DNA of 63,898 nt, filler included, from Choristocarpus tenellus KU-1152 (Eukaryota > Protista > Phaeophyceae): NCBI GenBank assembly GCA_964200185.2. It is 11 parts of 11 records of this genome, joined end to end, with 100 filler letters (N's around TTAATTAATTAA, not from the genome) between each part and the next. Parts side by side here need not be neighbours in the genome. Positions count along the whole stretch, not along the records: positions 59,869 to 63,898 come from CAXNAD020016588.1; 10 more parts are not named here. One strand, 5' to 3'. Shown here piece after piece: positions 63,751-63,898 of this stretch. How positions within the stretch are numbered: the stretch's first letter is position 1; each line of letters opens with the position of its first letter. The notes under the pieces were generated by a model. The model was not told the origin of the DNA, did not search any database, and worked only from the letters and a program-made list of their open reading frames with translations. Both the position numbers and the translations under genes were made by a program.

Positions 63751-63898
63751 GACCCAAAGTATCTGGGGGGGGAGGGTTCTACACCAGGGTGTCCATTTGG
63801 GCCAAAATCAGGAAAGGTGCATTTACATTATCCATCCGACGTATGCAACCAGAAAAAAAAAAAATCGCCACATGAAAAAATTGACCCCAAATGGACAG
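63751..63898. mobile_element. MITE family B copy, cut by the window end
   Basis: GACCCAAAGTATCTGGGGG...CCCCAAATGGACAG. Confidence 0.88.

Overview
Eukaryotic, intron-rich nuclear DNA, most likely from a photosynthetic stramenopile (ochrophyte). The evidence is a bipartite signal-peptide + GA|FVP plastid presequence, TTAGGG telomere-type repeats and GT/GC-AG introns. The window is not contiguous: 11 contigs are joined by ten artificial 100-nt spacers (44 N + TTAATTAATTAA + 44 N), so adjacency across spacers means nothing. By manually splicing exons I reconstructed these partial genes: a plastid-targeted RGG-rich protein, the DNA polymerase epsilon C-terminus, a coiled-coil (possibly PUB-family) protein, an IAG-type purine nucleoside hydrolase, a GDA1/CD39 apyrase, two inverted rolling-stone-like membrane-protein paralogues, a DOT1-like methyltransferase, a SAP-like + ZRANB3-type zinc/HNH-region protein, and several unknown genes. 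Repeats include an internally deleted, scrambled copia element, a mariner transposase relic, related AAAGTATCT-terminated MITE families with 3-bp TSDs, a near-perfect 64-bp hairpin element and many minisatellites. The two most interesting signals are (1) the DOT1-like methyltransferase lying head-to-head (157 bp) with the SAP-like/HNH-type nuclease gene and (2) a 10-kb gene whose introns carry roughly 35-40 short telomeric tracts, some positioned where they could act as branch points. All calls come from reading the sequence by eye; no database searches were run.
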